Positions 37,044-49,190 of a stretch of 53,067 nucleotides of DNA are shown in pieces. The stretch spans positions 1 through 53,067 of the forward strand of contig JAISEO010000088.1 in NCBI GenBank assembly GCA_031264075.1. The letters run 5' to 3'. A program made the translations under genes and the position numbers. A model generated the notes under the pieces. The model was not told the DNA's origin. It ran no database searches and worked only from the letters and a program-made list of their open reading frames with translations. The first letter of the stretch is position 1. Every line of letters starts with the position of its first letter. The DNA is from Coriobacteriales bacterium (GTDB lineage Bacteria; Actinomycetota; Coriobacteriia; Coriobacteriales; UBA8131).

Positions 37044-37654
37044 TGGCACGCCTGAGCCTTTTAATTGATCTGCAGCGTTGCGTGGGCTGCATGTCCTGTG
37101 TTGTTGCCTGCAAAATGGAAAACGACGTACCCGTAGGAGTGTCTTGGAACAACGTGGAGACAGTGGGCCCAGTGGGCCAGTATCCAGACACGGTCAGGCA
37201 GTACTATCTGCCACACGGTTGCATGCATTGCATGAATCCAGCCTGTGTGCCGGTCTGTCCGGTGGGAGCAATCTGGCGCGATGCGGAGACAGGTCTGGTG
37301 CCCCTCGATGCAGAAGCCTGCATTGGCTGCGGTGCCTGTGTCACAGCCTGTCCTTATGCTGCCAGAACCATGGATCCGATAAGCAATCTGCCGGTCAAGT
37401 GCACACTCTGTACACAGCTTCTCGACGAGGGCAAGCTGCCAAGCTGTGTCAAGCACTGCATTGCGCAGGCCCGCTTCTATGGCGATTTGGACGACCCCGA
37501 CAGTGACAGTGCCAGGTATCTTGCCGAGCCAGGCTCAAGCAGAGAGCTTCACTTGATGGAAAGCCAGGGAACCGGGCCTTCTGTGGCCTATCTTGAGCCC
37601 GCGGTAGGCATGCTTTCCGCAGATGTTCCGCTGACTTTGACCCAGGGGCTGTAG
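37043..37654 (+). CDS. 4Fe-4S electron-transfer subunit (DmsB-like)
   Basis: CVGCMSCVVAC, CMHCMNPACVPVCP, CIGCGACVTACP, KCTLC. Confidence 0.95.
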   Translation: MARLSLLIDLQRCVGCMSCVVACKMENDVPVGVSWNNVETVGPVGQYPDTVRQYYLPHGCMHCMNPACVPVCPVGAIWRDAETGLVPLDAEACIGCGACVTACPYAARTMDPISNLPVKCTLCTQLLDEGKLPSCVKHCIAQARFYGDLDDPDSDSARYLAEPGSSRELHLMESQGTGPSVAYLEPAVGMLSADVPLTLTQGL

Positions 37655-37663
37655 GTTTTTGCG

Positions 37664-37697
37664 TGGCAGGCTGCCGGTCAAAACCGACAGCCTGCCA
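37664..37697 (+). other. Intra-operon hairpin (stabiliser or attenuator)
   Basis: TGGCAGGCTGCCGGT-caaa-ACCGACAGCCTGCCA. Confidence 0.5.
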
Positions 37698-37738
37698 TCC
37701 TGCCCATTTTGGACAAAAGCGATCGAGAGCGAGGAGCC

Positions 37739-38443
37739 ATGGACTCTGCTGCAACAAAAGAATGGCGAGAGGCAATGACGGCCCGCTCGGGTGCCTACCG
37801 TCTGCTTGCGCGGCTTTGGATGGAAGAGATTGACGAGGAGTTCTGGCAGGGACTCAGCGCAGCTGCCCTTCTTGGGGTGCCGGAGCACCTGCAGTTGGAC
37901 AGTGCCTATCGCACCATGGAACGCTACGTGCAGGGCGCGCCGGGCAATGTGCTCAAACTGCTGGCGGCGGATTACGCGGTGCTCTGTCGCGGTGTTGATC
38001 CCAACAGGGGTGCCGACCCCTATGAGTCTGTCCACCGCAGTTCCCTTGGCTTGATGATGCAGGACGAATGGGAGGCGGTGCTGCACTTCTATCGCTCTGT
38101 TGGCTACAGCCGCACCGCGTCATCTGTAGAGCCGGAGGATCATTTGGGAATCGAGCTGGAATGTATGGCACACCTCTGCCAGCGTGCGGCCGATGCTTCT
38201 CTGCAAGGCGACGCTGCAGCTGCTCTGGATGCCGTTGAGCAGCAGGACACCTTGCTCAATGAGCACCTTCTGAAGTGGGTATTAGACTTTGTGCAGGCAG
38301 TCTTGGGAGCGGCTGACACAGAGTTCTACAGGGCGGCCGCAACGATAACCCAGGAGTACCTGCTCATGGACAGGGAGTTCCTGCAAAGGCTACGCGAAGA
38401 AATGCTGGTAATTCCAGGCACACTTGCCAGCACGGTAGCATAA
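37739..38443 (+). CDS. TorD/DmsD-family molybdoenzyme chaperone
   Basis: PYESV and EPEDHLGIELE motifs; RBS GAGGAG. Confidence 0.92.
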   Translation: MDSAATKEWREAMTARSGAYRLLARLWMEEIDEEFWQGLSAAALLGVPEHLQLDSAYRTMERYVQGAPGNVLKLLAADYAVLCRGVDPNRGADPYESVHRSSLGLMMQDEWEAVLHFYRSVGYSRTASSVEPEDHLGIELECMAHLCQRAADASLQGDAAAALDAVEQQDTLLNEHLLKWVLDFVQAVLGAADTEFYRAAATITQEYLLMDREFLQRLREEMLVIPGTLASTVA

Positions 38444-38599
38444 TCTGTCGCTCGCCCTGCGAAACGATATACTTACTCTCATCATGTGAATCTGCAGGCC
38501 GGATGGCGTGTACGCGTGTGCGGTGTCTCTGCACAGTACGCGCCGTGGCGCCGTATGCTCCAGCCTGCCGGGCAGTACGTTAAAAGGAATGTAACCAGA

Positions 38600-41500
38600 G
38601 TGAGTACTCCCAGCTTGTTGGGTATAGATGTTGGCTCGACCACCGTAAAGTGTGCGGTCCTGGACGCGGAGCGCAGGCTGCTCTATTCCGACTACCAGCG
38701 CCACCATACCGACATACGCGCCACTATCACCGAGATGCTTACCGCCGCCGCCGCGCGCTTTGGTGAGCAGGAGTTTATCGTGGCCATTACCGGCTCGGGC
38801 GGCCTGCTCCTGGCACAGTGGCTCGAGCTTCCCTTTATCCAGGAGGTCATCGCCTCCAAGACGGCGGTGGAGCTGTGTATCCCTGCGACGGACGTGGCCA
38901 TTGAGCTCGGCGGTGAGGATGCCAAGATAATCTATTTTGACCACGGCATCGAGCAGCGCATGAACGGCACCTGCGCGGGCGGCACCGGCTCCTTCATAGA
39001 CCAGATGGCGGTGCTGCTCAACACCGACGCGCTCGGCCTCAACGCCCTGGCGGCGGATGCCGAGATTATCTATCCTATCGCGAGCCGCTGCGGCGTGTTT
39101 GCCAAGACCGATGTACAACCCCTGCTCAACGAGGGCGCGCGCCGCGAGGACATAGCCGCCTCCATCTTTCAGAGCGTGGTAACGCAGACCATCGGCGGGC
39201 TCGCCTGCGGTCGTCCTATCCGGGGCAACGTCGCATTCCTCGGCGGCCCGCTCCAGTACCTGCCTGAGCTGCAGAAGCGTTTTGAGCTGAGCCTCAAGCT
39301 CGCGCCCGAGCAGGTACAGAAGCCCGAGAACGCCCATCTCTTCGTAGCTCAGGGTGCGGCACTCGCCGTGGCGCGGGAGGCGGGCACCTCGCTAACCGCC
39401 CCTACCTTCACCCTCCAGGAGATCCTCACCCGTCTCGGCGCACTCGGTACCACGCAGGGCTCCGAGGTGCATCGCCTCAATCCGCTGTTCGCGAGCGAGG
39501 CGGACTATGAGAGTTTCCAGAAGCGACACACGCAGTCCTCCGTGCCCCGGGGCGATATAGCCAGCTACCTAGGCACGGCCTTCCTCGGCATTGACGCGGG
39601 CTCCACCACCTTCAAGGCGGTGCTTACCGGCGAGGAGGGCGAGCTGCTCGCCGAGTATTACACAAGCAATAAGGGAGAGGTGTTGGAAACCGCCCGGCGC
39701 TCCCTCCTTGAGATATTCGCGGCCATCCCTGTGGATGAGGCAACGGGCGAGCCCCTCATCAGCATCGGCCATACCACCGTGACCGGCTATGGCGAGGCGC
39801 TGCTCCTCGAAGCCCTGCAGGCGGACAGCGGAGAGATAGAGACCATCGCGCACCTCCGAGGCGCGCAGGCCCTCCTGCCCGACGTCGAGTTCATCCTCGA
39901 CATTGGCGGCCAGGACATGAAGTGCCTGCGCATCCGCGACGGCGTCATCGACCATATCATGCTCAACGAGGCCTGTTCCAGTGGCTGCGGCTCCTTCATC
40001 GAGACCTTTGCCCACAGCATGCAGATGGACGTGAGGGAGTTTGCCCGGGCAGCACTGGGCGCAACAAGCCCCGTGGACCTCGGCAGCCGCTGCACGGTGT
40101 TCATGAACTCGCGTGTCAAGCAGGCCCAGAAAGAAGGCGCGACCATAGGCGACATCTCCGCTGGGCTTTCGTATTCGGTCATCAAAAACGCGCTCTTCAA
40201 AGTCATCAAGATTCGCGACCCCAGAGACGTGGGCAACAAGGTCATCGTCCAGGGCGGCACCTTTCTCAACGACGCGGTGCTGCGTTCCTTTGAGCTGATG
40301 AGTGGCTGCGAGGCCGTGCGTCCGGACATTGCCGGCCTGATGGGGGCCTACGGTGCCTCGCTGCTTGCCAAAGACCGCTTTGCAGCCGCTCAGGATGGCA
40401 CGGGCACGAGCACGCTGCTCAGCGCCGCCGACATCGCCGGCCTCAAGGTGAGCCACCGCACGACGCACTGCAAGGCCTGTTCAAACAGCTGCCTGCTCAC
40501 CATCAGCAGCTTTGGCACCGACGAGCACACCGGCAAAACACGTCGCTTCATCACCGGCAATCGGTGTGAGAAGGGGGCCGGCATCAAGCCTCTCGTGGCC
40601 GACCTCCCCAACCTCTTTGCCTGGAAGTACCGCCGCCTGTTTGAGGGAACAGAGCACAACCCCTATCTTTCCCTGAGCGCCGAGGAGGCCACGCGGCCCA
40701 CCGTAGGCCTGCCGCGCGTGCTGAATATGTATGAGAACTACCCCTTCTGGTTCACGCTCTTCAGGGAGCTGGGCTTTGCGACGGTCCTGAGTGACGAGTC
40801 TGACAGCAGCACCTACGAGCGCGGGCTGGAATCCATGCCTTCGGAGAGTGTGTGCTATCCGGCCAAGCTGGCACACGGCCACATCATGAACCTCCTGGAG
40901 AAGGCGCAGGATTCTGGTATCGATATCATCTTCATGCCCTGTATCCGCCATGAGCGCAAGGAGGACGAAGGCGCTCCCAACCACTTCAACTGCCCCGTCG
41001 TGGTGAGTTATCCCGAGGTCATCAAACTCAACGTGGACGAGCTTGAGCAGGGCACGGCCGAGCCCGTCTTTCTCAACCCGTTTCTGCCCTATGACAGCAA
41101 GGAACTCCTCCCCAGGCGCCTGAGGCAGGAGCTGGATACCTGGTGGGCCGCGCATCCCCACGCAAAGGGTACGCCGCCCACGCTCGCGGAGCTTGTTGCC
41201 GCCGTTGATGCGGCCTGGGCCGAGGACGAACGCTTCAAGCAGGAGCTGCGCGATGAGGGTGAGCGGGTCCTCAGCTGGCTCGAGGAGACCCATCAGCACG
41301 GCATCGTGTTGGCTGGCCGGCCCTATCACCTCGATCCGGAGATCAACCACGCCATACCGGAGCTTCTGGCCTCGTATGGTCAGGCAGTGCTCACCGAGGA
41401 CAGCGTGTCGCACCTGCTCAAACCGGAGCGCCCGCTCCGGGTCGTTGACCAGTGGATGTTCCACAGCAGGCTCTACGCGGCGGCCAAGTATGTCACCACC

Positions 41501-43021
41501 AGGAGCGACCTCGACCTCATCCAACTCAACAGCTTCGGCTGCGGCCTCGACGCACTCACCACCGACCAGGTACAGGAGATACTGGAGCCGGCCGGCAAGG
41601 TCTATACCGTGCTCAAGATTGACGAGATCTCCAATCTGGGAGCAGCGCGTATCCGTATCCGAAGCCTGCTTGCCGCCCTCAGAGACAAGCAGGAGGAGGC
41701 ATCCGCGTCAAGCACGATCGCAGCCGCAGCCGCGACACAGGCTCTCTCCACCGCCATCGAACGACCTCAGTATACCGAGAACATGAAGGCCGAGGGCTAC
41801 ACCATTCTGGCACCGCAGATGGCACCCATCCACTTTGAGCTGCTCGGCGTGCTGTTCCACTACGGCGGCTACAATCTCGAACTTCTGCCCAGCGTTGACC
41901 AGGGAGCGGTGGAGGCCGGCCTCAAATACACCAACAACGATATCTGCTATCCCTCCATCCTCACTACCGGGCAGATTATGGAGGCCGTCACCTCGGGACG
42001 CTATGACCTGGACAGGACTGCCGTCATCATCACCCAGACGGGCGGCGGCTGCAGGGCCACCAACTACATCGGGCTTATCCGCAAGGCTCTCAGAGAATAT
42101 GGCGCGCCTCAGATTCCGGTCATCGGGTTGAGCTTTCACAAGGGTCTCGGCGAGACACACCCCGGCTTTACGGTGCCGATGAGTCTCTTGCGCCGCGCGG
42201 TCTATGTGTTCCTGTACGGCGACCTTCTCATGCAGTGCCTGTATCGTACGCGGCCCTATGAGGCAGTGCCCGGCTCGGCCCAGAAGCTCTACCGGCACTG
42301 GATGGAGCGCTGCAAGGAGCAGATTGGCACCAAGGTCAACCGCTGCATATTCAAGCGCACGGTGAGGCAGATGATACGCGACTTTGACGAGCTTGAGCTC
42401 ACCGGCGACGGGAGCAAGCCGCGCGTGGGCGTCGTCGGGGAGATCCTCGTCAAGTTCCATCCCACGGCAAACAACGGCATCGTCGAGACCATCGAGAATG
42501 AGGGCTGTGAGTGCGTGGTGCCGGGCCTCACGGAGTTCTTCCTCTTCGGTATCAGTGGCGGCATCTGGCAGCATCGCCAACTCACCAAGCCGCTTAAGAG
42601 CGAGTTGGGCACCCGGGCATCGCTCGCCCTGCTGAGCGCCTGGCGAAGACCCCTCACCCGGGCCCTCGCCCAATCAAAACGCTTTCATCCTCCGGCGGAT
42701 ATTTACGAGCTGGCCAGCTATGCCAGCGAGATACTCAGCCTCTGCAACAGCATGGGGGAGGGCTGGCTGCTCACCGCCGAGATGGTCGAGCTCATCAAGA
42801 CCGGCGTGCCCAATATCGTTTGCACCCAGCCCTTTGCCTGCCTGCCCAACCATGTCACGGGCAAGGGGGTTATCAAGGAGTTGCGCCGGCGGTATCCGGA
42901 GAGCAACATCGTGGCGGTGGACTACGACCCGGGTGCGAGCGAGGTCAACCAGCTCAACCGCATCAAGTTGATGATCAGCGTTGCCAAGGCCAACTTCAAC
43001 GGAACGGCGCATGAACACTGA
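38600..43021 (+). CDS. Fused 2-hydroxyacyl-CoA dehydratase activator-related protein (two ASKHA ATPase/Fe-S modules plus dehydratase-like domains)
   Basis: GIDVGSTT and [14 protein letters not shown] and GGQDMK, CAGGTG and [26 protein letters not shown]; start moved to GTG 38600. Confidence 0.9.
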   Translation: MSTPSLLGIDVGSTTVKCAVLDAERRLLYSDYQRHHTDIRATITEMLTAAAARFGEQEFIVAITGSGGLLLAQWLELPFIQEVIASKTAVELCIPATDVAIELGGEDAKIIYFDHGIEQRMNGTCAGGTGSFIDQMAVLLNTDALGLNALAADAEIIYPIASRCGVFAKTDVQPLLNEGARREDIAASIFQSVVTQTIGGLACGRPIRGNVAFLGGPLQYLPELQKRFELSLKLAPEQVQKPENAHLFVAQGAALAVAREAGTSLTAPTFTLQEILTRLGALGTTQGSEVHRLNPLFASEADYESFQKRHTQSSVPRGDIASYLGTAFLGIDAGSTTFKAVLTGEEGELLAEYYTSNKGEVLETARRSLLEIFAAIPVDEATGEPLISIGHTTVTGYGEALLLEALQADSGEIETIAHLRGAQALLPDVEFILDIGGQDMKCLRIRDGVIDHIMLNEACSSGCGSFIETFAHSMQMDVREFARAALGATSPVDLGSRCTVFMNSRVKQAQKEGATIGDISAGLSYSVIKNALFKVIKIRDPRDVGNKVIVQGGTFLNDAVLRSFELMSGCEAVRPDIAGLMGAYGASLLAKDRFAAAQDGTGTSTLLSAADIAGLKVSHRTTHCKACSNSCLLTISSFGTDEHTGKTRRFITGNRCEKGAGIKPLVADLPNLFAWKYRRLFEGTEHNPYLSLSAEEATRPTVGLPRVLNMYENYPFWFTLFRELGFATVLSDESDSSTYERGLESMPSESVCYPAKLAHGHIMNLLEKAQDSGIDIIFMPCIRHERKEDEGAPNHFNCPVVVSYPEVIKLNVDELEQGTAEPVFLNPFLPYDSKELLPRRLRQELDTWWAAHPHAKGTPPTLAELVAAVDAAWAEDERFKQELRDEGERVLSWLEETHQHGIVLAGRPYHLDPEINHAIPELLASYGQAVLTEDSVSHLLKPERPLRVVDQWMFHSRLYAAAKYVTTRSDLDLIQLNSFGCGLDALTTDQVQEILEPAGKVYTVLKIDEISNLGAARIRIRSLLAALRDKQEEASASSTIAAAAATQALSTAIERPQYTENMKAEGYTILAPQMAPIHFELLGVLFHYGGYNLELLPSVDQGAVEAGLKYTNNDICYPSILTTGQIMEAVTSGRYDLDRTAVIITQTGGGCRATNYIGLIRKALREYGAPQIPVIGLSFHKGLGETHPGFTVPMSLLRRAVYVFLYGDLLMQCLYRTRPYEAVPGSAQKLYRHWMERCKEQIGTKVNRCIFKRTVRQMIRDFDELELTGDGSKPRVGVVGEILVKFHPTANNGIVETIENEGCECVVPGLTEFFLFGISGGIWQHRQLTKPLKSELGTRASLALLSAWRRPLTRALAQSKRFHPPADIYELASYASEILSLCNSMGEGWLLTAEMVELIKTGVPNIVCTQPFACLPNHVTGKGVIKELRRRYPESNIVAVDYDPGASEVNQLNRIKLMISVAKANFNGTAHEH

Positions 43022-43550
43022 GAGGGCAGGCACACTCGCCAAACAGAGCGGCTTTGCCGTCGTAGGGCCTCTTGACGTCGGCGCCCTCAGCTTCCGGCAG
43101 GACGTACGGGATATGTGCACGCCCGAACTCTGCCCAGAGGGCTATGGGCAGAGTTGGAGCTGCCCTCCGGCAGTGCCCGCGCTGGAAGAGCTCAGCGTCA
43201 GGGCCAGGGCCTTTACGGAAGGCATCCTGGTGCAGACCATAGGGGAGCTGGAAGACCCCTTTGACTTTGAGACCGTCATGGAAACCAGCGCTCTCCATGC
43301 GGAGCACTTCATGGAACTGACCGACAGGCTGGGCGCAGAAACAGAGCGGCCTCTGCTTGCCCTTGGCGCCGGCGCCTGCAAGCGCTGTGCATCCTGCACC
43401 TATCCCGACGCTCCCTGTGCTCTCCCCGATAAGCAGATCGTCTCCATGGAAGCGAGCGGACTCCTCGTAAATCAGGTATGCGAAGACAGCGGCATCAGCT
43501 ACAACAACGGAGAAAACACCATCACGTTTACGAGCTGCTGTCTGTTCTGA
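43011..43550 (+). CDS. DUF2284-like Cys-rich metal-binding protein
   Basis: [31 protein letters not shown]. Confidence 0.8.
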   Translation: MNTERAGTLAKQSGFAVVGPLDVGALSFRQDVRDMCTPELCPEGYGQSWSCPPAVPALEELSVRARAFTEGILVQTIGELEDPFDFETVMETSALHAEHFMELTDRLGAETERPLLALGAGACKRCASCTYPDAPCALPDKQIVSMEASGLLVNQVCEDSGISYNNGENTITFTSCCLF

Positions 43551-43581
43551 GGGGGAGCCTCGATACTCTGGCGCTTGCCGC

Positions 43582-44220
43582 TCAGGCGGTGACGAGCTCG
43601 GCTGCCATGATGGCGGCAGAGCCGGCGTCGGGGGTATAGCCGTCGGCACCAATCTCGTCGGCGAACTTCTGCGTTACCGGGGCACCGCCAACCATGATCT
43701 TGACCTGATCGCGCAGGCCAGCCTTGTTGACGGCAGCGATAGCCTCGGGAACCATGGGCAGCGTCGTGGTGAGCAGGGCCGAGAGGCAGAGCAGCTGGCA
43801 CTCGGGGTGTTCCTGAAGATACTCGACAAAGGCCTCGGGCTTGACGTCCACGCCCAGGTCGGTAATCTCTATGCCCTTGCCCTCTATCATCATGCGCACG
43901 AGGTTCTTGCCAATGTCGTGCATGTCGCCCTGCACGGTGCCGATAACGGCATAGCCCAGAGGCTCACTGCCCTCCTCGACAAGCGAAGGCTTGAGCACGG
44001 TGGTACCCGCGGTCATCGCCCGTGCGGCCACGAGCATCTCGGGAACAAAGACCTCGTTTCGGCTGAACTTGTCGCCTATGATGGTCATGGCATCGATGAG
44101 GCCTTCGTTGAGGATTGTCTTGGGATCCATGCCCTCGTCAAGCGCCTGTTGGGTCAGCGCGGCAACAGCCTTTCTATTGCCAGCCTGTACTGCCTGCGAA
44201 AGCTCCTCTAATAACGCCAC
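43582..44220 (-). CDS. Corrinoid (B12-binding) methyl-carrier protein
   Basis: Cap domain FVPEML; GDMHDIGKNLV, SALLT, MVGGAP; RBS AGGAGG before GTG 44220. Confidence 0.93.
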   Translation of the reverse strand: MALLEELSQAVQAGNRKAVAALTQQALDEGMDPKTILNEGLIDAMTIIGDKFSRNEVFVPEMLVAARAMTAGTTVLKPSLVEEGSEPLGYAVIGTVQGDMHDIGKNLVRMMIEGKGIEITDLGVDVKPEAFVEYLQEHPECQLLCLSALLTTTLPMVPEAIAAVNKAGLRDQVKIMVGGAPVTQKFADEIGADGYTPDAGSAAIMAAELVTA

Positions 44221-44444
44221 TGCTGCCTCCTGTATGTCCCGATCCGTCAATCAGTAGACTATACCATACCCGGGATGACTTCACCAAAAGGCGAGACAAT
44301 TCCGCAGGCGAGTTACGTCATAACTCTACGCTCTGAGTGAGCATCCAGTCTCTGTTAGTTGTGTAATATAATGAGTTGGGGCAGCGTCTGCCAGACGGGT
44401 ACGCCTCCCTTGGGTCTTTTGGCCCGGGAAGGAGGTGATTACCT

Positions 44445-44567
44445 TTGGAAGCTCTCATGATCTTTGGTGCGCTCGCGTCGATATTTTCGGCGGCAGCAGT
44501 GGCTTGGGATTTAGGGGGCAGAGTCTGGCGCTGGATGCGCCAGGACAGCAAGAAGCGAAAGCCATGA
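44445..44567 (+). CDS. Candidate type I toxin: 40-aa hydrophobic peptide with basic tail
   Basis: TATAAT 44367-44372; SD AAGGAGGTGA before TTG 44445; MEALMIFGALASIFSAAAVAWDLGGRVWRWMRQDSKKRKP. Confidence 0.65.
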   Translation: MEALMIFGALASIFSAAAVAWDLGGRVWRWMRQDSKKRKP

Positions 44568-44632
44568 GGCTTTCGCTTCACAAAGTTTTGGCGTACCCGT
44601 CGGCCTAGCAAGCCACACGGCGGGCGCTGCCT
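44546..44632 (-). ncRNA. Candidate antisense antitoxin RNA (ends approximate)
   Basis: Minus-strand TTGCAT (44668-44663), 18 bp, TG-extended TATCAT (44644-44639); 12-bp stem hairpin at 44552-44579 as terminator. Confidence 0.45.
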
Positions 44633-44678
44633 TCAACCATGATACCACAGGGGATGTTGGCGATGCAACTTTGTGGAC

Positions 44679-46028
44679 TCAGCTCTGTCTGAGCGCGAGG
44701 AAGTCCCTGCCGGAAAGCCAACTCAGGGTGCAGGCGCCGGTGGGACACAGCTGCACACAGGCGCTACAGCCGAGGCAGCACAGCTGGTCGGTAATGGCAG
44801 CCTGTTTGCCCTGCGGGCGTTCTGCTTCTGGGAGCTTGCCAAAGTACAGGACGGACGTACTGCTGATAAGACGCCGCGCATTGAGAGGACAGGCAGAGAC
44901 ACAGGTGCCGCAGCCGGTACAAACCGCTGCCTCAGTGGCGGCAGAGAGCAGCTCCACCCTGTCTGCCAAGGTCTCATCCTGCTCCAAGGCAGACCGCAGG
45001 AGCCCACGACGCTGACTTTTTTTGCCAAACGGGCGGGGCGCGTTATGGTCAGGCGGCTTTGCCTTCCTGGTCTGCTTGCGCCTCTGCGCCAAGAGTTCGG
45101 CCCGGTTCTTCTCTCGAGTGAGGCTGCCCCCGGCACTTTTCCAGCTCCGTTTGAATCCGTCTGCCAGCTGCGTCACCAATTCGCGCCGGTCATCGGAAGC
45201 CACATCGCCGAGCGCGGACATGAGGGTGCCCGCGGGAGTGTTGCGCAGCTGTTCTGGCTCGCTCACCAGTTCGATGTTGTCCGCACCCCAGGCCTCGGCC
45301 TCGTCAATGGCCGCGAGGTAGCTGTTCTCAGCGTCCCCACAGATATTGACCGGACAGTCCTCGCAGATGAGCGGCGGAAGATACACCTTCAGGATGCCGG
45401 ACTCCAAACTCTCCTCATCAGGGTCGGGGAGGATGGCGTCACGCGCCTGTGCGGCTGCCCGGAACCATTCTTCGCAGGAGAGATCCGCCAGACACGGGAG
45501 GCTGAGGGCCTGCGCGGCAAGGCGTGACGGAACACCGTACAGCGAGCGGGCACAGCCAAGCGCGATTCCATCTGCCTCAGCCACCTTGTCCTTGAGTTGC
45601 TTCTCAAGGCTCTTGGGATGGCGTTTGGTCGCGGTGAGGGCCTCAAGCGGGCAGACCGCAGTACAGATGCCGCAGTGGATACAGGATTCGCCTACCGTGA
45701 CCCCCAGCTTTGTTTCAAGCAGCTCCTTGGCGCTGAGCTTGGGTTTTTCTGCTCCGCTGCTCGCACCGGCATCTGCTCCCGCATCGGGTTCGCTCCCCGC
45801 GCTGACCGTTGCGTCCCGCGTTGTCTCGACCGCTGCCGCTGGCACATCCGACGCCCGTACCAGGGCTTTGGGCGTGATGGCAGAGACCGGGCAGGCCTGG
45901 GCACAGATGTCGCAATCCGTAGGCTCCCTGGCAACACGCAGACAGCGCGAGGGCAGGGGCGTCATCGCGCCGGCGCCAAAGTCCAGTTGGGTCTCGTGGT
46001 CCTGCGTATCGTTTGTGGCCTCATTCAT
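44679..46028 (-). CDS. Multi-4Fe-4S (polyferredoxin-like) protein
   Basis: CDICAQACP, CIHCGICTAVCP, CTGCGTCVSACP, CLGCSACVQLCP; only the C-terminal part of the listed 860-aa ORF looks real. Confidence 0.8.
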   Translation of the reverse strand: MNEATNDTQDHETQLDFGAGAMTPLPSRCLRVAREPTDCDICAQACPVSAITPKALVRASDVPAAAVETTRDATVSAGSEPDAGADAGASSGAEKPKLSAKELLETKLGVTVGESCIHCGICTAVCPLEALTATKRHPKSLEKQLKDKVAEADGIALGCARSLYGVPSRLAAQALSLPCLADLSCEEWFRAAAQARDAILPDPDEESLESGILKVYLPPLICEDCPVNICGDAENSYLAAIDEAEAWGADNIELVSEPEQLRNTPAGTLMSALGDVASDDRRELVTQLADGFKRSWKSAGGSLTREKNRAELLAQRRKQTRKAKPPDHNAPRPFGKKSQRRGLLRSALEQDETLADRVELLSAATEAAVCTGCGTCVSACPLNARRLISSTSVLYFGKLPEAERPQGKQAAITDQLCCLGCSACVQLCPTGACTLSWLSGRDFLALRQS

Positions 46029-46151
46029 TTCAGGTTTATCATAGCGCATGTTGGGGGATTTTGGGAAACTCCCCACTCTTACTCGGCAACTTTCCCGTAG
46101 TATAATGTGCGGAAGTCCCCGGAGCAGGTCCCAGAATAGTCCCAAGAGTGA

Positions 46152-47450
<1,299 letters not shown>

Positions 47451-47454
47451 AGAC

Positions 47455-48459
47455 ATGAATTTCAAATCCTATCTGGAAGAGAACTCCGAGCGCATTGATG
47501 CACTCATCGCCACTTACTTCAAGCCCGACACCTACGACGACATCAACCGCTATCTGTATGAGCCGCTGGCAAAGTACAGCGCCAACGGGGGCAAGCGGCA
47601 TCGTCCGCTCATCTGCGAGCTGGCCTCAGGGGCGGTAGGTGGCAATACGCAGCTGGTGTCTGCCGCCGCCGCTGCCATCGAGCATTTTCACACTGCGGCG
47701 CTCATCCATGACGACATTGCCGATGAGTCTGCCATGCGCAGGGGCGAGGCCTGTCTGCATATCTCCGAGGGGGAGGGCCTTGCCATCAATGCCGGCGATC
47801 TCGCGCTTTCGCAGGTGACCGGCAGCGTGCTCGCCGACAAGCGTCTGCCCGAGGCCCTGCGTTTGCGAGTTCTTGAGGAGCTGGTCAAGATGACGACCCG
47901 CACCATCGAGGGCCAGGCTCTCGACATAGGCTGGGCGCGCGATGGCCGGTTTGACCTGAGCATTGAGGACTACCTGCAGATGGCAAAGCGCAAGACCGCC
48001 TACTACTCTGGGGGCACCCCGCTGGCCGTAGGTGCCATCATCGGCGGCGGCAGCGAAGAGCAGATTGCGGCGCTGAGAGAGTTTGGCATGGCCGCTGGCC
48101 TGGCGTTCCAAATCCAGGACGACCTGCTCAATCTCACCGGCAACAGAGAACTGCTGGGCAAGGATTATCGCTCGGACATCACCGAGGGCAAGCGTACGCT
48201 CATTGCCGTGCACGCGCTCCAGCACGCTCCGCAAAAGGATGAGCTTGTCAGCCTGCTCGCCTCGCATACCACCGAGCCGCGCCAGCTGGCCTCAGCCGTA
48301 GAGATCATGCAGGCCGCCGGCTCACTGGAGTTCGCGCGCGATTATGCAACCAAGCTGGTCATTTCGGCCAAGACAGATGTTGCCGCTACGCTGGAGGACA
48401 ACGAATACACCAGGCTGCTCACGCAAATGGCCGACTTTTTCATAGAGCGGATACAGTAG
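47455..48459 (+). CDS. Polyprenyl diphosphate synthase
   Basis: GGKRHRP, LIHDDIAD..RRG, GQALD, KT, AFQIQDD. Confidence 0.95.
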   Translation: MNFKSYLEENSERIDALIATYFKPDTYDDINRYLYEPLAKYSANGGKRHRPLICELASGAVGGNTQLVSAAAAAIEHFHTAALIHDDIADESAMRRGEACLHISEGEGLAINAGDLALSQVTGSVLADKRLPEALRLRVLEELVKMTTRTIEGQALDIGWARDGRFDLSIEDYLQMAKRKTAYYSGGTPLAVGAIIGGGSEEQIAALREFGMAAGLAFQIQDDLLNLTGNRELLGKDYRSDITEGKRTLIAVHALQHAPQKDELVSLLASHTTEPRQLASAVEIMQAAGSLEFARDYATKLVISAKTDVAATLEDNEYTRLLTQMADFFIERIQ

Positions 48460-48548
48460 GAATACGGTAAACCAGGGGAGCGATGATGAGTCACCGCTTT
48501 CCAAGACCAGGGCAGGGGAGCAGCAGGCTCTCCGGAACGGAGGCTACG

Positions 48549-49124
48549 ATGAAGCAGAGTGCAGGCAGGCTCGGACTGTTATTTCCCAATCCGGTGCTCG
48601 TAGTGGGTACCTACGACCAACGCGGTGAGCCTAACGTGGCAACCCTTGCCTGGGGCGGCATTGCCTCCTCCGGCCCGGAAAGCGTGAGTATTGCCGTGAG
48701 GCCCTCGCGCTATACCTTTGAGGCGCTCAAGCGCACCGGGGCCTTTACGGTCAATCTACCTTCTGTCGCATACGCTGCCGAGGCGGACTTCTTTGGCATG
48801 GTGAGCGGGCGCACCATCCGCAAACTCGAGGCAACCGGGCTCACGCCGGTGCACGGCGAGTTTGTGGACGCGCCGTATATCGCCGAGTTCCCGTACAACA
48901 TGGAGTGTGAGGTGGTACAAAGCCTTGACCTCGGGCAGCACACGCTGTTCATCGGTGAGGTCAGAGACGTCAAGATAGACGAGACACTCATTGATGAGGA
49001 AGGCAATCCCCGCTGGGGCGAGGCCAAAATACTCGGCTTTGATTCGGGCATGAGGGCCTACCGGGCACCCGGCGAAGTAATGGGCGACGCCTTCAGCATA
49101 GGGCGGAAGTTTATTTCGAGCTGA
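48549..49124 (+). CDS. Flavin reductase family protein (flavoredoxin-like)
   Basis: FPNPVLVVGT, FTVNLP, APYI.E....EC, HTLFIGEV; RBS GGAGG before ATG 48549. Confidence 0.9.
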   Translation: MKQSAGRLGLLFPNPVLVVGTYDQRGEPNVATLAWGGIASSGPESVSIAVRPSRYTFEALKRTGAFTVNLPSVAYAAEADFFGMVSGRTIRKLEATGLTPVHGEFVDAPYIAEFPYNMECEVVQSLDLGQHTLFIGEVRDVKIDETLIDEEGNPRWGEAKILGFDSGMRAYRAPGEVMGDAFSIGRKFISS

Positions 49125-49190
49125 TGCGGAGAGGGAAATGTGTTATCCTATCTGAGCACTGGGCACGTTGGGCTAGTACGGAGGGATATA

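Noticed and set aside
44221-44360. Cobalamin riboswitch upstream of the corrinoid gene
   Set aside because: The -10-like TATAGT lies only about 40 nt upstream of the start and no B12-box is recognisable.
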